NCBI GenBank assembly: GCA_965220065.1
Contig: OZ244804.1
Span: 5,434,346 to 5,498,345 of the forward strand
From: Candidatus Poribacteria bacterium
GTDB lineage: Bacteria; Poribacteria; WGA-4E; WGA-3G
DNA length: 64,000 nt
Reading direction: 5' to 3'
Part shown: positions 27,008 through 37,016 of the stretch, piece after piece
Layout of the letters: every line of letters starts with the position of its first letter
How positions within the stretch are numbered: the first letter of the stretch is position 1
The notes under the pieces: generated by a model
What the model was told of the DNA's origin: nothing
Database searches by the model: none
The model's input: the letters and a program-made list of their open reading frames with translations, nothing else
Position numbers and translations under genes: made by a program

Positions 27008-27916
27008 ATGCTGCAACTCAAACGAGATTACCTCGATCAGAAGGTTCTGGAACGGCTTTCGACGCTTCAACTGCACGCTCGGTTGCCTATGATCGGAAGC
27101 GTATCGGGCAAACATCGGAGTCCGATCCGCGGTTCGAGCCTTGAGTTTGCGGAGTACCGTAAGTACGTGCCGGGTGATGATCCACGAAGACTCGACTGGC
27201 GGGCTTACGCACGGAACGATCGTTACTACATTAAAGAGTTTGAGGCTGATACCAATTTACGGATGTGTTTAGTCGTTGATACCAGTGGTTCCATGAATTT
27301 CGCATACAACGGGACGAGTAAACTGGACTACGCTCGTCGTGTCGCTGGAACCTTAGCCTATATCGCAGCACAGCAGGGTGACGCTGTCGGACTCTACTGT
27401 GCCGGCACAGGGTTCCATAAAGAGATCCCACCGAAACGGAGTGCAACGCATCTGAGCGCGGTGCTCGATGAGTTAGGTGCAATGGAGGCATCCGGCGAGA
27501 CGGGATTGGGGAACGTTCTCCATGAAACCGCTGAACGCGTCCCGCAAAGGGCACTCATCGTCGTTCTTTCCGATCTGTTCATAGAACCGGAAGTTGTGCG
27601 GAACTGCCTTGAGCATCTACGATTCCGCAAGCACGATGTCGCGGTGTTTCATCTGCTGGAGCAGAGCGAGTTGGAATTGGAATTTGATCGTCCAATGCGT
27701 TTCGTTGACATGGAGGGCGGCGAACCTATATTGGCGGATCCAACAGTCATCGGCGCGCAATACCAGCAGGCACTCGAAATGTACCTCGAAAGTATGAACA
27801 CAGTCATTCAGGATACTGAAGTTGATTACCACCGTATCCGCATCAATGAGAACTATGACGACGTATTAGCGCGATTCCTATTGGGACGCACACCAAAGCG
27901 ACATAAAGGGTTGTAG
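27008..27916 (+). CDS. DUF58 (vWA-like) MoxR partner
   Basis: GKHRS...GSSLEFAEYRKY.PGDD.RRLDW, VDTSGSM, SKLDYA, SDLF. Confidence 0.95.
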   Translation: MLQLKRDYLDQKVLERLSTLQLHARLPMIGSVSGKHRSPIRGSSLEFAEYRKYVPGDDPRRLDWRAYARNDRYYIKEFEADTNLRMCLVVDTSGSMNFAYNGTSKLDYARRVAGTLAYIAAQQGDAVGLYCAGTGFHKEIPPKRSATHLSAVLDELGAMEASGETGLGNVLHETAERVPQRALIVVLSDLFIEPEVVRNCLEHLRFRKHDVAVFHLLEQSELELEFDRPMRFVDMEGGEPILADPTVIGAQYQQALEMYLESMNTVIQDTEVDYHRIRINENYDDVLARFLLGRTPKRHKGL

Positions 27917-27945
27917 GTTTTAGGTGCGGGTTGCTATGCAACCCT

Positions 27946-28032
27946 TTCGGTTATAAGTTTAGAGCGAGAGACTCTTAACTTATAACCAATAACCCATAAC
28001 GGAAAGCCTGCGCAGCAGGCGAACCGATAACC
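27946..28032. repeat. Heptamer-armed palindrome plus GCCTGCGCAGCAGGC hairpin
   Basis: TCGGTTATAAGTTTAGAG...CTCTTAACTTATAACC, then AAAGCCTGCGCAGCAGGCG, which also occurs at ~40103. Confidence 0.65.
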
Positions 28033-28042
28033 AAAATAAAAT

Positions 28043-30121
28043 ATGAATTTTCTACAACCGTTGGCATTAATTGCTCTCCCTTTAATCGCGTTACCGATCC
28101 TGATCCATCTCATTAATCAGCATCGGCACCGCACGATCCCTTGGGCAGCAATGATGTTCCTCATGAGCGCGAAGCGTATGAGTAAGGGCATGGCGCGTCT
28201 TCGGCATTTCCTTATCCTGTTGATGCGCGTACTTGCAGTAGCGGCTCTGATTTTCGTCGTCAGTCGACCGCTGTCCGGTGGGTGGTTGGGTAGCATCGGA
28301 ATGAGTAAACCCGATGCCACCTTGATACTTCTTGATCGTTCTGCCAGCATGGAAATTCGAGACTTACAAGCGGGTCAGTCGAAAAGATCTGCGGCACTGC
28401 AAAAGCTCGCACAATTGCTGGAGCAGGGCGATTACGGGACGCACTTGGTTCTGATTGACAGTGCGAGCGGTCAACTACAAGAAGTAGATTCACCGAAAGC
28501 ACTATTAGGGCTACCTACAATCGGACCAAGTGCCACGAGTGCAGATATTCCGGGTATGCTTGAGTCCGCCTTAGCGTATCTCAAAGCAAACAAGTCGGGA
28601 CGAGTTGACGTATGGATCTGTTCTGATTTGAGCGAGAACGATTGGGCTGTTGAAAGCGGACGCTGGCAAGCGATACGCGAAGAGTTTTCTCAGTTAGAGG
28701 GTGTACATCATTTCTTGCTTGCATACGCAAATTTGCCTTCAAGCAATTTCTCGGTAAGGGTAGAAAACGTACAACGGTGGGAACACGGCAACGATGCCGA
28801 ACTTGCCCTTGATGTGATAGTTCGGTCGAAGGGTAGCAGTGACACGACGCGGCAAGAATTTCCAATTGAATTTGAAGTTAACAACGTTCGTTCCGTCGTT
28901 GAAGTGGAACTCGACAGACAGGGTGCTTCTTTGCAGGGACACCGTATCCCGATTGATACCAAACTACGTTCAGGCTGGGGCTCGGTTGGGTTACCGGGTG
29001 ATGCGAATCCCTTAGACAACCGTTTTTTCTTCGTGTTTTCAGAACCAATGGTGCGAAGAGCCGTTGTTGTCAGTGATGATCTAAAAAATGGTGAAGCATT
29101 CCGTCGGGCACTTACCATTCCAACCGATTCTCGGCTCCAGCATCAGATTGAGGTTATCTCTGCGAATGACGTTGCAGAAATAGATTGGGAAAGTACAGGG
29201 GTATTAATCTGGCAGGCGGTTCTACCGAGCGGGGCAGTCGCAGATCAGATTGCGCAATTCGTTGACACCGGACGCGTAGTTATGTTCTTTCCACCGAGTC
29301 AAAACGCAGAGGAACGGCTGTTTGCTTCACGTTGGGGAGACTGGCAAACGCCCGGGAATAGCGGTCAGCCATCAGCCAATAGCCATTCTTTCAGTGTCTC
29401 ATGGTGGCGTGGCGATACAGATCTGCTGGCACACGTAGAGAGCGGAGACGCGTTGCCACTGAACGAACTACATACGTACAGATATCGCTCTTTTGAAAGC
29501 CTTGGGACACCATTGGCGAGGTTTGATGACAATGCTCCCCTGCTCACCCGTATCGCCACCGATCGGGGTGCGGTCTATTTCTGTAGTACGTTACCTACGG
29601 CACAATTTTCCTCTCTTGAACGCGAAGGGGTCATCTTTTACGTGATTCTACAACGGGCATTGGAGCAAGGTTGTCGCGCGTTGGCTGTGGCATCTCAACG
29701 CGATGCGGGTCCCGACATGTTAGCAGACCGCAATCAGTGGGAGTTAGTGGCTCCTGTGGACAATTCCGACGCGCCGCTGCATTTATCTTCACAACGCGGG
29801 CTACACGCTGGCGTATACCGGGACGGAGCATATTTGACAGCTGTGAACCGTAGCCAAATTGAAGACAGTGCTACGGCAGTCCCTATCGAGACGGTGGATG
29901 GGCTATTTGATGGCATGTCGTATCGGCGGATCGATGTTGATGTTGGTGACACATCTGCCTTAGCGAGCGAACTCTGGCGTATCTTTCTCTTTGCGATGAT
30001 AGTGGCACTTCTCGTAGAGGCGGTGCTAAGTCTACCGAGCAGAAGAAGCAGTCAGCGGGCGGAAACCATCAGCAGTCAGTTTTCGTCGCCTACCATTATT
30101 CCTTCTCGCCAGAACGAATAG
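28043..30121 (+). CDS. BatA-domain / vWA membrane protein
   Basis: MNFLQP...LPILIHL...R...I.WAAM.FL (BatA N-terminal double TM); MIDAS LLDRSASM; C-terminal TM. Confidence 0.85.
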   Translation: MNFLQPLALIALPLIALPILIHLINQHRHRTIPWAAMMFLMSAKRMSKGMARLRHFLILLMRVLAVAALIFVVSRPLSGGWLGSIGMSKPDATLILLDRSASMEIRDLQAGQSKRSAALQKLAQLLEQGDYGTHLVLIDSASGQLQEVDSPKALLGLPTIGPSATSADIPGMLESALAYLKANKSGRVDVWICSDLSENDWAVESGRWQAIREEFSQLEGVHHFLLAYANLPSSNFSVRVENVQRWEHGNDAELALDVIVRSKGSSDTTRQEFPIEFEVNNVRSVVEVELDRQGASLQGHRIPIDTKLRSGWGSVGLPGDANPLDNRFFFVFSEPMVRRAVVVSDDLKNGEAFRRALTIPTDSRLQHQIEVISANDVAEIDWESTGVLIWQAVLPSGAVADQIAQFVDTGRVVMFFPPSQNAEERLFASRWGDWQTPGNSGQPSANSHSFSVSWWRGDTDLLAHVESGDALPLNELHTYRYRSFESLGTPLARFDDNAPLLTRIATDRGAVYFCSTLPTAQFSSLEREGVIFYVILQRALEQGCRALAVASQRDAGPDMLADRNQWELVAPVDNSDAPLHLSSQRGLHAGVYRDGAYLTAVNRSQIEDSATAVPIETVDGLFDGMSYRRIDVDVGDTSALASELWRIFLFAMIVALLVEAVLSLPSRRSSQRAETISSQFSSPTIIPSRQNE

Positions 30122-30147
30122 TGTCGATAACATCTATTGATGGCTGA

Positions 30148-32406
30148 TTGCCAGCAAGGGACATAGTAATGCAAGAACAGCAGGGAAATCTTGAATTTTT
30201 CTCAAGCGGAACCTTCTTAGGTTTGAGCTTGGCTGTCATGATTGTGGCAGGTATATTGTGTTGGCTGGCGTGGCATCGCAGCGGTTATAGCAGGAAGACC
30301 GGAGGTCTTGAGTTGTTGCGTTTTGTATTGATTTGCTTGGTTGTTATAACTCTGAATCAACCCGAATGGCTACAAACGCAACTACCAGATCGGCGTTCCA
30401 CTCTCGCCGTGCTTTGGGACGAATCCAACAGCATGAAAACGCAGGATGTAATCGACGCACAAGACCTTTCTGGCACACCCAAAAGTCGCGCCGAGACGAT
30501 TCAACCCCTGATGTCTGAAGAGGTTTGGAAACCTTCTGATGCCAACGACCTGAGCGTCGTGTTTGAACCCTTCTCTTCACAGTTAGATCCGGCGGCGGAG
30601 GCAACGGATTTGAATGCCGGACTGTCGCAGGTTTTGGACACGCATGCAAATCTTCGGGGTGTTGTGCTATTGTCGGACGGTGATTGGAATATCGGGAACT
30701 CACCTGTTGAGGCGGCGACACGGTTTCGGATGCGGGGAATTCCCGTTTTCGCTGTTGGAGTGGGCAGTAAAGTGCCGTTACCGGACCTTGAATTGGTTAG
30801 CATGGATGCCCCGACGTATGCGGTTGTCAATAAGCAACTGCGTATCCCGTTCGTCGTGCGCAGCACTTTGGGACAGGATCGGGACGTAAGCGTCACCTTG
30901 ACGCAAGCCTATACAGGAAACCTGCGGGACAATGTAAATAAGCAATCAACGGTTACGAAGCTGATTCGTGTTTCGGCTATGAGCCAAGCACAAGAAAACA
31001 TGGTATGGACTCCGCCAGCAATCGGCGACTATACGCTAACAATGCGTATCCCGCGAGACACACAGGAATTAATCCCGGAAAACAATGAGATTTCTGTGCC
31101 AATATCAGTGCGTAAGGAACAATTGAAAGTCCTTGTCGTCGAATCCTATCCACGATGGGAGTATCGCTATTTACGCAACGCGTTGGAACGGGATCCCGGG
31201 GTTGAATTGACATGTCTACTTTTTCATCCCAAATTGCCCAAGGTTGGTGGAGGACGTAGTTATATCAAAAATTTCCCGACGACGAATGAACTAACTCGCT
31301 ACGATGTAGTATTCCTTGGTGATGTCGGTGTCGGAGAGAAGCAGTTAACAACGGAGCAAACACAAGATTTACGGCAACTTGTGAGTGCTCAGGCTTCTGG
31401 GCTCGTCTTTATGCCGGGACGGACTGGAATGCATGCGTCATTGATGTCCGGTCCGCTCGCGGATCTCTATCCTGTAGTTTTGGACGCGGCGACCCCGTAC
31501 GGTGTTGGTTCGGGTACACAGGGATATTTCGCGCTCACACAATTGGGTCAACGCAGTTTATTAACTCGCCTCGGAGAAACTGAGGAGATCAACCGTCAAG
31601 TGTGGCGAACGTTGCCGGGCTTCTACTGGTACGCTGGTGTCAAACGAGCCAAGGCGGGGACAGAAACTTTAGCGGTGCACGACGAAGTCGCGACGGCTTC
31701 GGGACGAGTGCCGCTCATTGTGACCAAAACGTACGGTGCAGGCAAAGTGTTGTTTATGGGAACGGATAGCGCATGGCGTTGGCGACAAGGTGTTGAGGAT
31801 AAGTATCACTACCGCTTCTGGAGCCAAGTCGCCCGGTGGATGGCATATCGTCGACAGATGGCACAAGGCGAATCGATACGGCTGTTTTATTCGCCAGACC
31901 GACCACAGGTCGATGATGCTGTAATGTTAAACGCTAATGTGAACGATCCATTGGGTGCCCCATTGGATAGAGGCTCGGTTGTTGTGCAGGCGATTTCACC
32001 ATCAGGTAAAACACAAACAATCCGGTTGCAACCGGGTGAAGGAGATGCCATCGGGTTATTCACCGGTTCGTTTACCCCAAAAGAATCTGGCAATTATCGA
32101 CTCGTTGCCAGCAGTTCGGAGACTGGGGCTTCGATACAGACCGATCTATCGGTTCAAGGTTTAAATCGGGAGCAACAAGGGCGTTTGGCGCGTTTTGAGG
32201 TCTTAGATGAAATCGCTAAAATTACAGATGGCAAGTTAGTGTCGGTTTCTGAGGTGCGAAGCCTGTTGGATTATCTCGCCGATTTGCCGGAGCCTGAACC
32301 GACGGTGCATCGCACACGGATCTGGGCACACCCACTTTGGACAGGACTTCTCATCCTACTTCTTGGCTTGTTCTGGATTGCGAGAAAAATGACGGGGGCT
32401 GTGTAG
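30148..32406 (+). CDS. vWA + glutamine-amidotransferase-like membrane protein of the MoxR cluster
   Basis: N-terminal TMs, WDESNSM MIDAS, LLSDG, P.WEYRYLRNALERD, YGAGKVLF...DSAWRWR, HYRFWSQ..RW, C-terminal TM. Confidence 0.8.
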   Translation: MPARDIVMQEQQGNLEFFSSGTFLGLSLAVMIVAGILCWLAWHRSGYSRKTGGLELLRFVLICLVVITLNQPEWLQTQLPDRRSTLAVLWDESNSMKTQDVIDAQDLSGTPKSRAETIQPLMSEEVWKPSDANDLSVVFEPFSSQLDPAAEATDLNAGLSQVLDTHANLRGVVLLSDGDWNIGNSPVEAATRFRMRGIPVFAVGVGSKVPLPDLELVSMDAPTYAVVNKQLRIPFVVRSTLGQDRDVSVTLTQAYTGNLRDNVNKQSTVTKLIRVSAMSQAQENMVWTPPAIGDYTLTMRIPRDTQELIPENNEISVPISVRKEQLKVLVVESYPRWEYRYLRNALERDPGVELTCLLFHPKLPKVGGGRSYIKNFPTTNELTRYDVVFLGDVGVGEKQLTTEQTQDLRQLVSAQASGLVFMPGRTGMHASLMSGPLADLYPVVLDAATPYGVGSGTQGYFALTQLGQRSLLTRLGETEEINRQVWRTLPGFYWYAGVKRAKAGTETLAVHDEVATASGRVPLIVTKTYGAGKVLFMGTDSAWRWRQGVEDKYHYRFWSQVARWMAYRRQMAQGESIRLFYSPDRPQVDDAVMLNANVNDPLGAPLDRGSVVVQAISPSGKTQTIRLQPGEGDAIGLFTGSFTPKESGNYRLVASSSETGASIQTDLSVQGLNREQQGRLARFEVLDEIAKITDGKLVSVSEVRSLLDYLADLPEPEPTVHRTRIWAHPLWTGLLILLLGLFWIARKMTGAV

Positions 32407-32634
32407 CAGTCAGCGGTCAGGGGTTTTGCTTGGGTGTTTCCCCAGATTTTTCTCAAAAAATCCGTTCAGTCGTCAGTTAAGAGCGTTTTTTTTAGTGAAA
32501 TTGATAACCGAAAATACCGAGCCTGAAACGAAGTAGAAGCCGATTCTACGGAGAAAAGTCTGAATCAGGATTTACGAGATAATCCTAAGCGCGCAGCCCG
32601 TAACGTAGCGGAGGGTAGATCCACGGAGGAAAAC

Positions 32635-35600
32635 ATGAAAATCCAAACTCACCTGACCGAACCGCAAGGAAAAATTAAAATACCGCCGCGCCTGAAAGCG
32701 ACACTCGAACAGTACCAAAAACGGGTATGGATGGTCAAACTCGCTGAAGGTGTACTGGCGGCAATCTTTGGTATCCTTCTTTCATATATCATCGTTTTTT
32801 GCTTGGACCGGGTATTCGATACGCCGATGCTTCTACGGGTGCTTATCTTAGGAATTGGGATGGTAGGGATGATCTTTCTCTTACCGATGAAGTACTACAA
32901 TTGGGTTTGGAAACATCGGCAATTGGATGGTGTCGCTCGATTGTTGCAGCAAAAGTTTCCACGTTTTGGGGATCACGTGCTCGGCATCGTAGAATTAGCG
33001 CGCAATAGAGAGGATCAATTGTCAAGTCCGACGCTGGTCGAGGCAGCCATGCGTCAGGTTGATGCCGAGGTCGCAAGACACAATTTGGCAGATGCGGTTC
33101 CCAATCCACGGCATCGCCGCTGGGCATGGGCGGCTGCCCTCCCATTGGTGTTGGTAGCGATCGGAGCATTTGTAATACCCGCAACGAGTTGGAATACCTT
33201 CGCTCGGTGGCTGACCCCGTGGCGTGATGTGGCGCGTTACACCTTTGCACAATTGGAGGATGAATCAGGTTTACGTGTGGTTCCGTACGCCGAACCTTTT
33301 GATGTGGAAGCACGTTTAAAAGACAACTCGCCGTGGAAACCTGAGTCAGGAGAAGCCCGCTACGCAGACCAAGTCCCGGTGGTTGCGACGCGAGATGAAG
33401 CAACGTACCGATTTCAATTACCACCTCAAACAAGGGATGGACGGCTCACGCTTCGAGTCGGAGATGCCCGACGTTCTATTCCAATCGAACCCAAATTGCG
33501 TCCTGCCCTGACGAAACTTATTGCCGAGGTCGAATTGCCAACCTATTTGCAACGCCGTGAACCACTGGTGGAAGATGTCCGCGGTGGGACGCTGAGTTTG
33601 TTGAAGGGGAGCACCGCAGTCTTAGAAGCCACAGCAACACGAGAACTCGCAGAAGCGACTTTGAACAATCATCCACAACGCGTTGATGGCGCGCGTGTGA
33701 CGACTGAGCCTATCAGGGTCGTAGGAGGGGTTTCTAACCCCGATACCTTACTCCAGTTGGCGTGGCGTGATCGCTTTGGGCTCGCTGCCCGTGAACCGCA
33801 AGTGATACAGTTAGAGGTGCGAGAAGATGAATCCCCGATGGTTAACTTCAATAAACTCAAGAACAATCGTGTTGTCCTTTCGAGCGAGGTCCTCACCTTT
33901 GAGATTCAGGCGGCAGATGATTTTGGTGTGAAGCGAGTGGGTCTGGAATGGGAAGGCATTGGTAACCCGATCCACAACCCCGAACCTACACATGGTGAAA
34001 AAACGGTATCATCAGGTACACCAACGACAGATATTATGACTGTTGCTGCCACATTTTCTGCTGTGCGGGAAAATGTCCGTCCACAGAGTCTACGTCTGCG
34101 TGCTTTCGCTGAGGATTATTTTCCCGGTCGCGAACGCGTGCGTTCACCGGATCTCGTCATACATGTGCTGACGCCAGCGGAACACTTCAAGTGGTTGGTA
34201 GGGCAGATGGAACTCTGGATGGGTGCGGCACAGGAGGTCCACGATAAAGAATTGCAGTTGCACGAAACCAATCGCGAGCTGCGAGACCTATCCCCTGAAG
34301 CACTTGACGACCCAGCACAGCGCAGGAAACTGCAAAATCAGGCGGCGGCGGAACGTGCCAACGCTGCGCGACTTGACAGTCTCATTGAACTTGGTACCGA
34401 GTTGGTGCAAGAAGCAACAAAAAACGAGGAATTTGATCCGAATCAGCTTGAATCATGGGCAGAAATACTCCAGAAGTTAGAGGAGATCGCGGGACAGAGA
34501 ATGCCTTCTGTCGCTGACTTACTTGCACGTGCCGCTGAGGCACCTGGACTGAATAGTAGCCAGCGACCAGACATCAGCAGTCAGCAAGAAGCCTCTCCTC
34601 CGACAGCAGGGGGACCCCCATCTCCTTCCAGAGGTGAACCTGATAATTTGGAGAACGTGGAGAAATATGGACCTGAGAGCAAGACGCCTCCTGAAGGTTT
34701 AGACGAGATGCCTGAAGATCCGAATATTCCTGGTCCCGGGGTCAACGTAGACCGAAGTAATCAACCAGAAGGCAAGCCGGGTTACATACCTGCCAATCCG
34801 ACGCCGCGTGTCCTTGATGTTGAATCCGGTTTCAACGAGGAAGAAGAGGCAGGACAGGCACCACAAGTCATCGGTGGCTTAGGCATTCCTACGACGACCC
34901 TCAAAGGGAGCGGTAGAAAAAATGAGGGGGAGGAAGAATCCTCAGCCCCTCAGACAGCAGAACTCGTCTTGGAAGCGGTTAAAGAACAGCAAGAATTATT
35001 GGATGCCTTTGCAGAGTTGGCAGAAGAAATGAACAAATTGCTCACGGGTTTTGAAAACAGCACGTTCGTGAAACGCCTGAAGGCGGCATCGAGACGGCAG
35101 ATTGACATCGCTGTGGACCTGAACAATCTGGACGGTTTCGGTCAAGATGCAAGTGATGCAGTGGAGGATGCATCTGACCGAGAACGATTGGCTGAAAAAG
35201 AAATCGCTGAGTCTAAGGTAGCATCTACACTCCTGCAGGACATGGCGGCTTATGCCGACCGACGACCGTCCGAAGGTTTCTCACGCGTTCTTTCGGAGAT
35301 GCAAGACGCTATTGTGTCCGACCAGATGCAGGACATAGCAGGAGCGATTGTTAAGGACAATTTTATTGGTGAATCAACGATTGAGGCGGAATTCTGGGCG
35401 GATACGTTGGATCGGTGGGCAGAGCAGTTGGTGGATCCGCTCCCTGAAGGGGGACCGCCAGGAGAGATGGGGCTGGTTGAACTGCCGAATCTACCACCGG
35501 AAATCGTCGTGGAAGTCATGCGTATCATCAACCGTGAAATCCAATTGCGTGAAGAGACACGGGAACTTGAGCAGGCGAAGGAAGCCCTTACTACCGATGA

Positions 35601-36057
35601 ATACCGCGAGCGTAGCATCGCATTGTATGACACACAAATAACGTTGACCGAGGATACCCGCGAGGTAGAGGCACAGATCAGCCTCTTACCGGATGCACAC
35701 GAACGCTTTATCCAGAATCAACTTGAGAAGGTAGCAAACGCCGCCGAGGTTATGGAGGAGGTCGAAGATATCCTTGCAGAACCAAACACCGGTCCCAGAG
35801 CGATTGCGGCTATAACGGAGGTAATTGAAATCCTACTCCAAACCGGACGGGTTCCAAACGCGCCTATGATAACAACAGCACCGCCAGCTACTGCTTCTGC
35901 TTTGATGCTCCTCGGTGTCGGTGATGACACCGGCAGAGCTTCTATCGAGAATCGTTCACCCAGACAGGCAACTGGAAAAACAGGGCGCGTCTTACCGGAA
36001 GAGTTCCGCCAAGGTTTGGACGCTTATTTCAATGCTTTAGAAGGGAAAAACCGATGA
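32635..36057 (+). CDS. Large membrane-anchored coiled-coil protein (DUF4175-like) of the MoxR cluster
   Basis: Three N-terminal TMs, beta-rich middle (AADDFGV), long acidic coiled-coil and Pro/Gly-rich C-half ending LPEEFRQGLDAYF. Confidence 0.7.
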   Translation: MKIQTHLTEPQGKIKIPPRLKATLEQYQKRVWMVKLAEGVLAAIFGILLSYIIVFCLDRVFDTPMLLRVLILGIGMVGMIFLLPMKYYNWVWKHRQLDGVARLLQQKFPRFGDHVLGIVELARNREDQLSSPTLVEAAMRQVDAEVARHNLADAVPNPRHRRWAWAAALPLVLVAIGAFVIPATSWNTFARWLTPWRDVARYTFAQLEDESGLRVVPYAEPFDVEARLKDNSPWKPESGEARYADQVPVVATRDEATYRFQLPPQTRDGRLTLRVGDARRSIPIEPKLRPALTKLIAEVELPTYLQRREPLVEDVRGGTLSLLKGSTAVLEATATRELAEATLNNHPQRVDGARVTTEPIRVVGGVSNPDTLLQLAWRDRFGLAAREPQVIQLEVREDESPMVNFNKLKNNRVVLSSEVLTFEIQAADDFGVKRVGLEWEGIGNPIHNPEPTHGEKTVSSGTPTTDIMTVAATFSAVRENVRPQSLRLRAFAEDYFPGRERVRSPDLVIHVLTPAEHFKWLVGQMELWMGAAQEVHDKELQLHETNRELRDLSPEALDDPAQRRKLQNQAAAERANAARLDSLIELGTELVQEATKNEEFDPNQLESWAEILQKLEEIAGQRMPSVADLLARAAEAPGLNSSQRPDISSQQEASPPTAGGPPSPSRGEPDNLENVEKYGPESKTPPEGLDEMPEDPNIPGPGVNVDRSNQPEGKPGYIPANPTPRVLDVESGFNEEEEAGQAPQVIGGLGIPTTTLKGSGRKNEGEEESSAPQTAELVLEAVKEQQELLDAFAELAEEMNKLLTGFENSTFVKRLKAASRRQIDIAVDLNNLDGFGQDASDAVEDASDRERLAEKEIAESKVASTLLQDMAAYADRRPSEGFSRVLSEMQDAIVSDQMQDIAGAIVKDNFIGESTIEAEFWADTLDRWAEQLVDPLPEGGPPGEMGLVELPNLPPEIVVEVMRIINREIQLREETRELEQAKEALTTDEYRERSIALYDTQITLTEDTREVEAQISLLPDAHERFIQNQLEKVANAAEVMEEVEDILAEPNTGPRAIAAITEVIEILLQTGRVPNAPMITTAPPATASALMLLGVGDDTGRASIENRSPRQATGKTGRVLPEEFRQGLDAYFNALEGKNR

Positions 36058-37001
36058 CAAATGCCCAAAAAACCCCTATCCCGTTCGAGATGTTCGCGAG
36101 TTTCAAGAGGATTGAGACGGGCAATCCGATTATTTCTCTGCCTCCACCCCTTTGGGCGGCAGCGACCCATGCCATTATCGTTGATGGGACAGTCCATTAT
36201 ATCTGGTGCAAGCGCGATCTCGGTGTGCGCTGGTTGATAATGCATGCAACAGCTCCAATCAGTGATCTCACCGACATCACACAGGATGCTCGGAATCCTG
36301 TCCTTGAGCCTTCAGTGGACGGTTTTGATAACGCAGCCGTTGAGTACCCCTTCCCGTTCCTGAATCCCGCTGACGGTAAGTTTTACATGTACTATCGAGG
36401 CAAGGGGAAAACAACCCCTGAACAGACAGGGCTACTTGTGTGCGATGGGGACCTTGGCGAGTGGCGGCGTGTCCGAGACATCCCCGTCATTCCTGCGGAT
36501 ACCGAACACGAACGGCACGGCGCAAGTCACCCCTCGGTTGTAGTAGAAGGAGATACGATTCACATTGTTTATACAGGGAAGGCAACACGATCCTTCGGGG
36601 AGGGATTGACGATGTGTCACGCGACCGCACCGACGAGCGACCCTGCATCGGTCACAAAAAATCCTGACAATCCCGTTTTTACGGGGAGCGGACAAGCGTG
36701 GGACAGTCGAGCCGTTCGTGAAACCGAATTGTTCAAAGGTCCAGAATACTTCCATATTCTCTACGGTGGATACGATGGTGAAATCTGGCGAATTGGACAC
36801 GTGCGCACCCGCGATTTCCGGGCATTCGAGCCGAACCCTTATAACCCGGTATTCACACCGTCGGATGATCCGGAGGCCTTCGATTGCGATGGTGTACTAA
36901 CAGGGCAGATCTTTGAAATTGAGGACACTTACGCCATGCTCTACGCCGGCAAGAAGGGTCAGGAATGGCAGACGGGTTTGGCTACACTCCGAGAAACTTA
37001 G
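36054..37001 (+). CDS. Five-bladed beta-propeller glycosidase-like protein
   Basis: NPVLEPS..GFD..AVEYP, FYMYYRG, HPSVV, NP.NPVF..S...WD, MLYAG, TGLA; start overlaps the upstream stop. Confidence 0.75.
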   Translation: MTNAQKTPIPFEMFASFKRIETGNPIISLPPPLWAAATHAIIVDGTVHYIWCKRDLGVRWLIMHATAPISDLTDITQDARNPVLEPSVDGFDNAAVEYPFPFLNPADGKFYMYYRGKGKTTPEQTGLLVCDGDLGEWRRVRDIPVIPADTEHERHGASHPSVVVEGDTIHIVYTGKATRSFGEGLTMCHATAPTSDPASVTKNPDNPVFTGSGQAWDSRAVRETELFKGPEYFHILYGGYDGEIWRIGHVRTRDFRAFEPNPYNPVFTPSDDPEAFDCDGVLTGQIFEIEDTYAMLYAGKKGQEWQTGLATLRET

Positions 37002-37016
37002 AGGAGGACTGAACAG

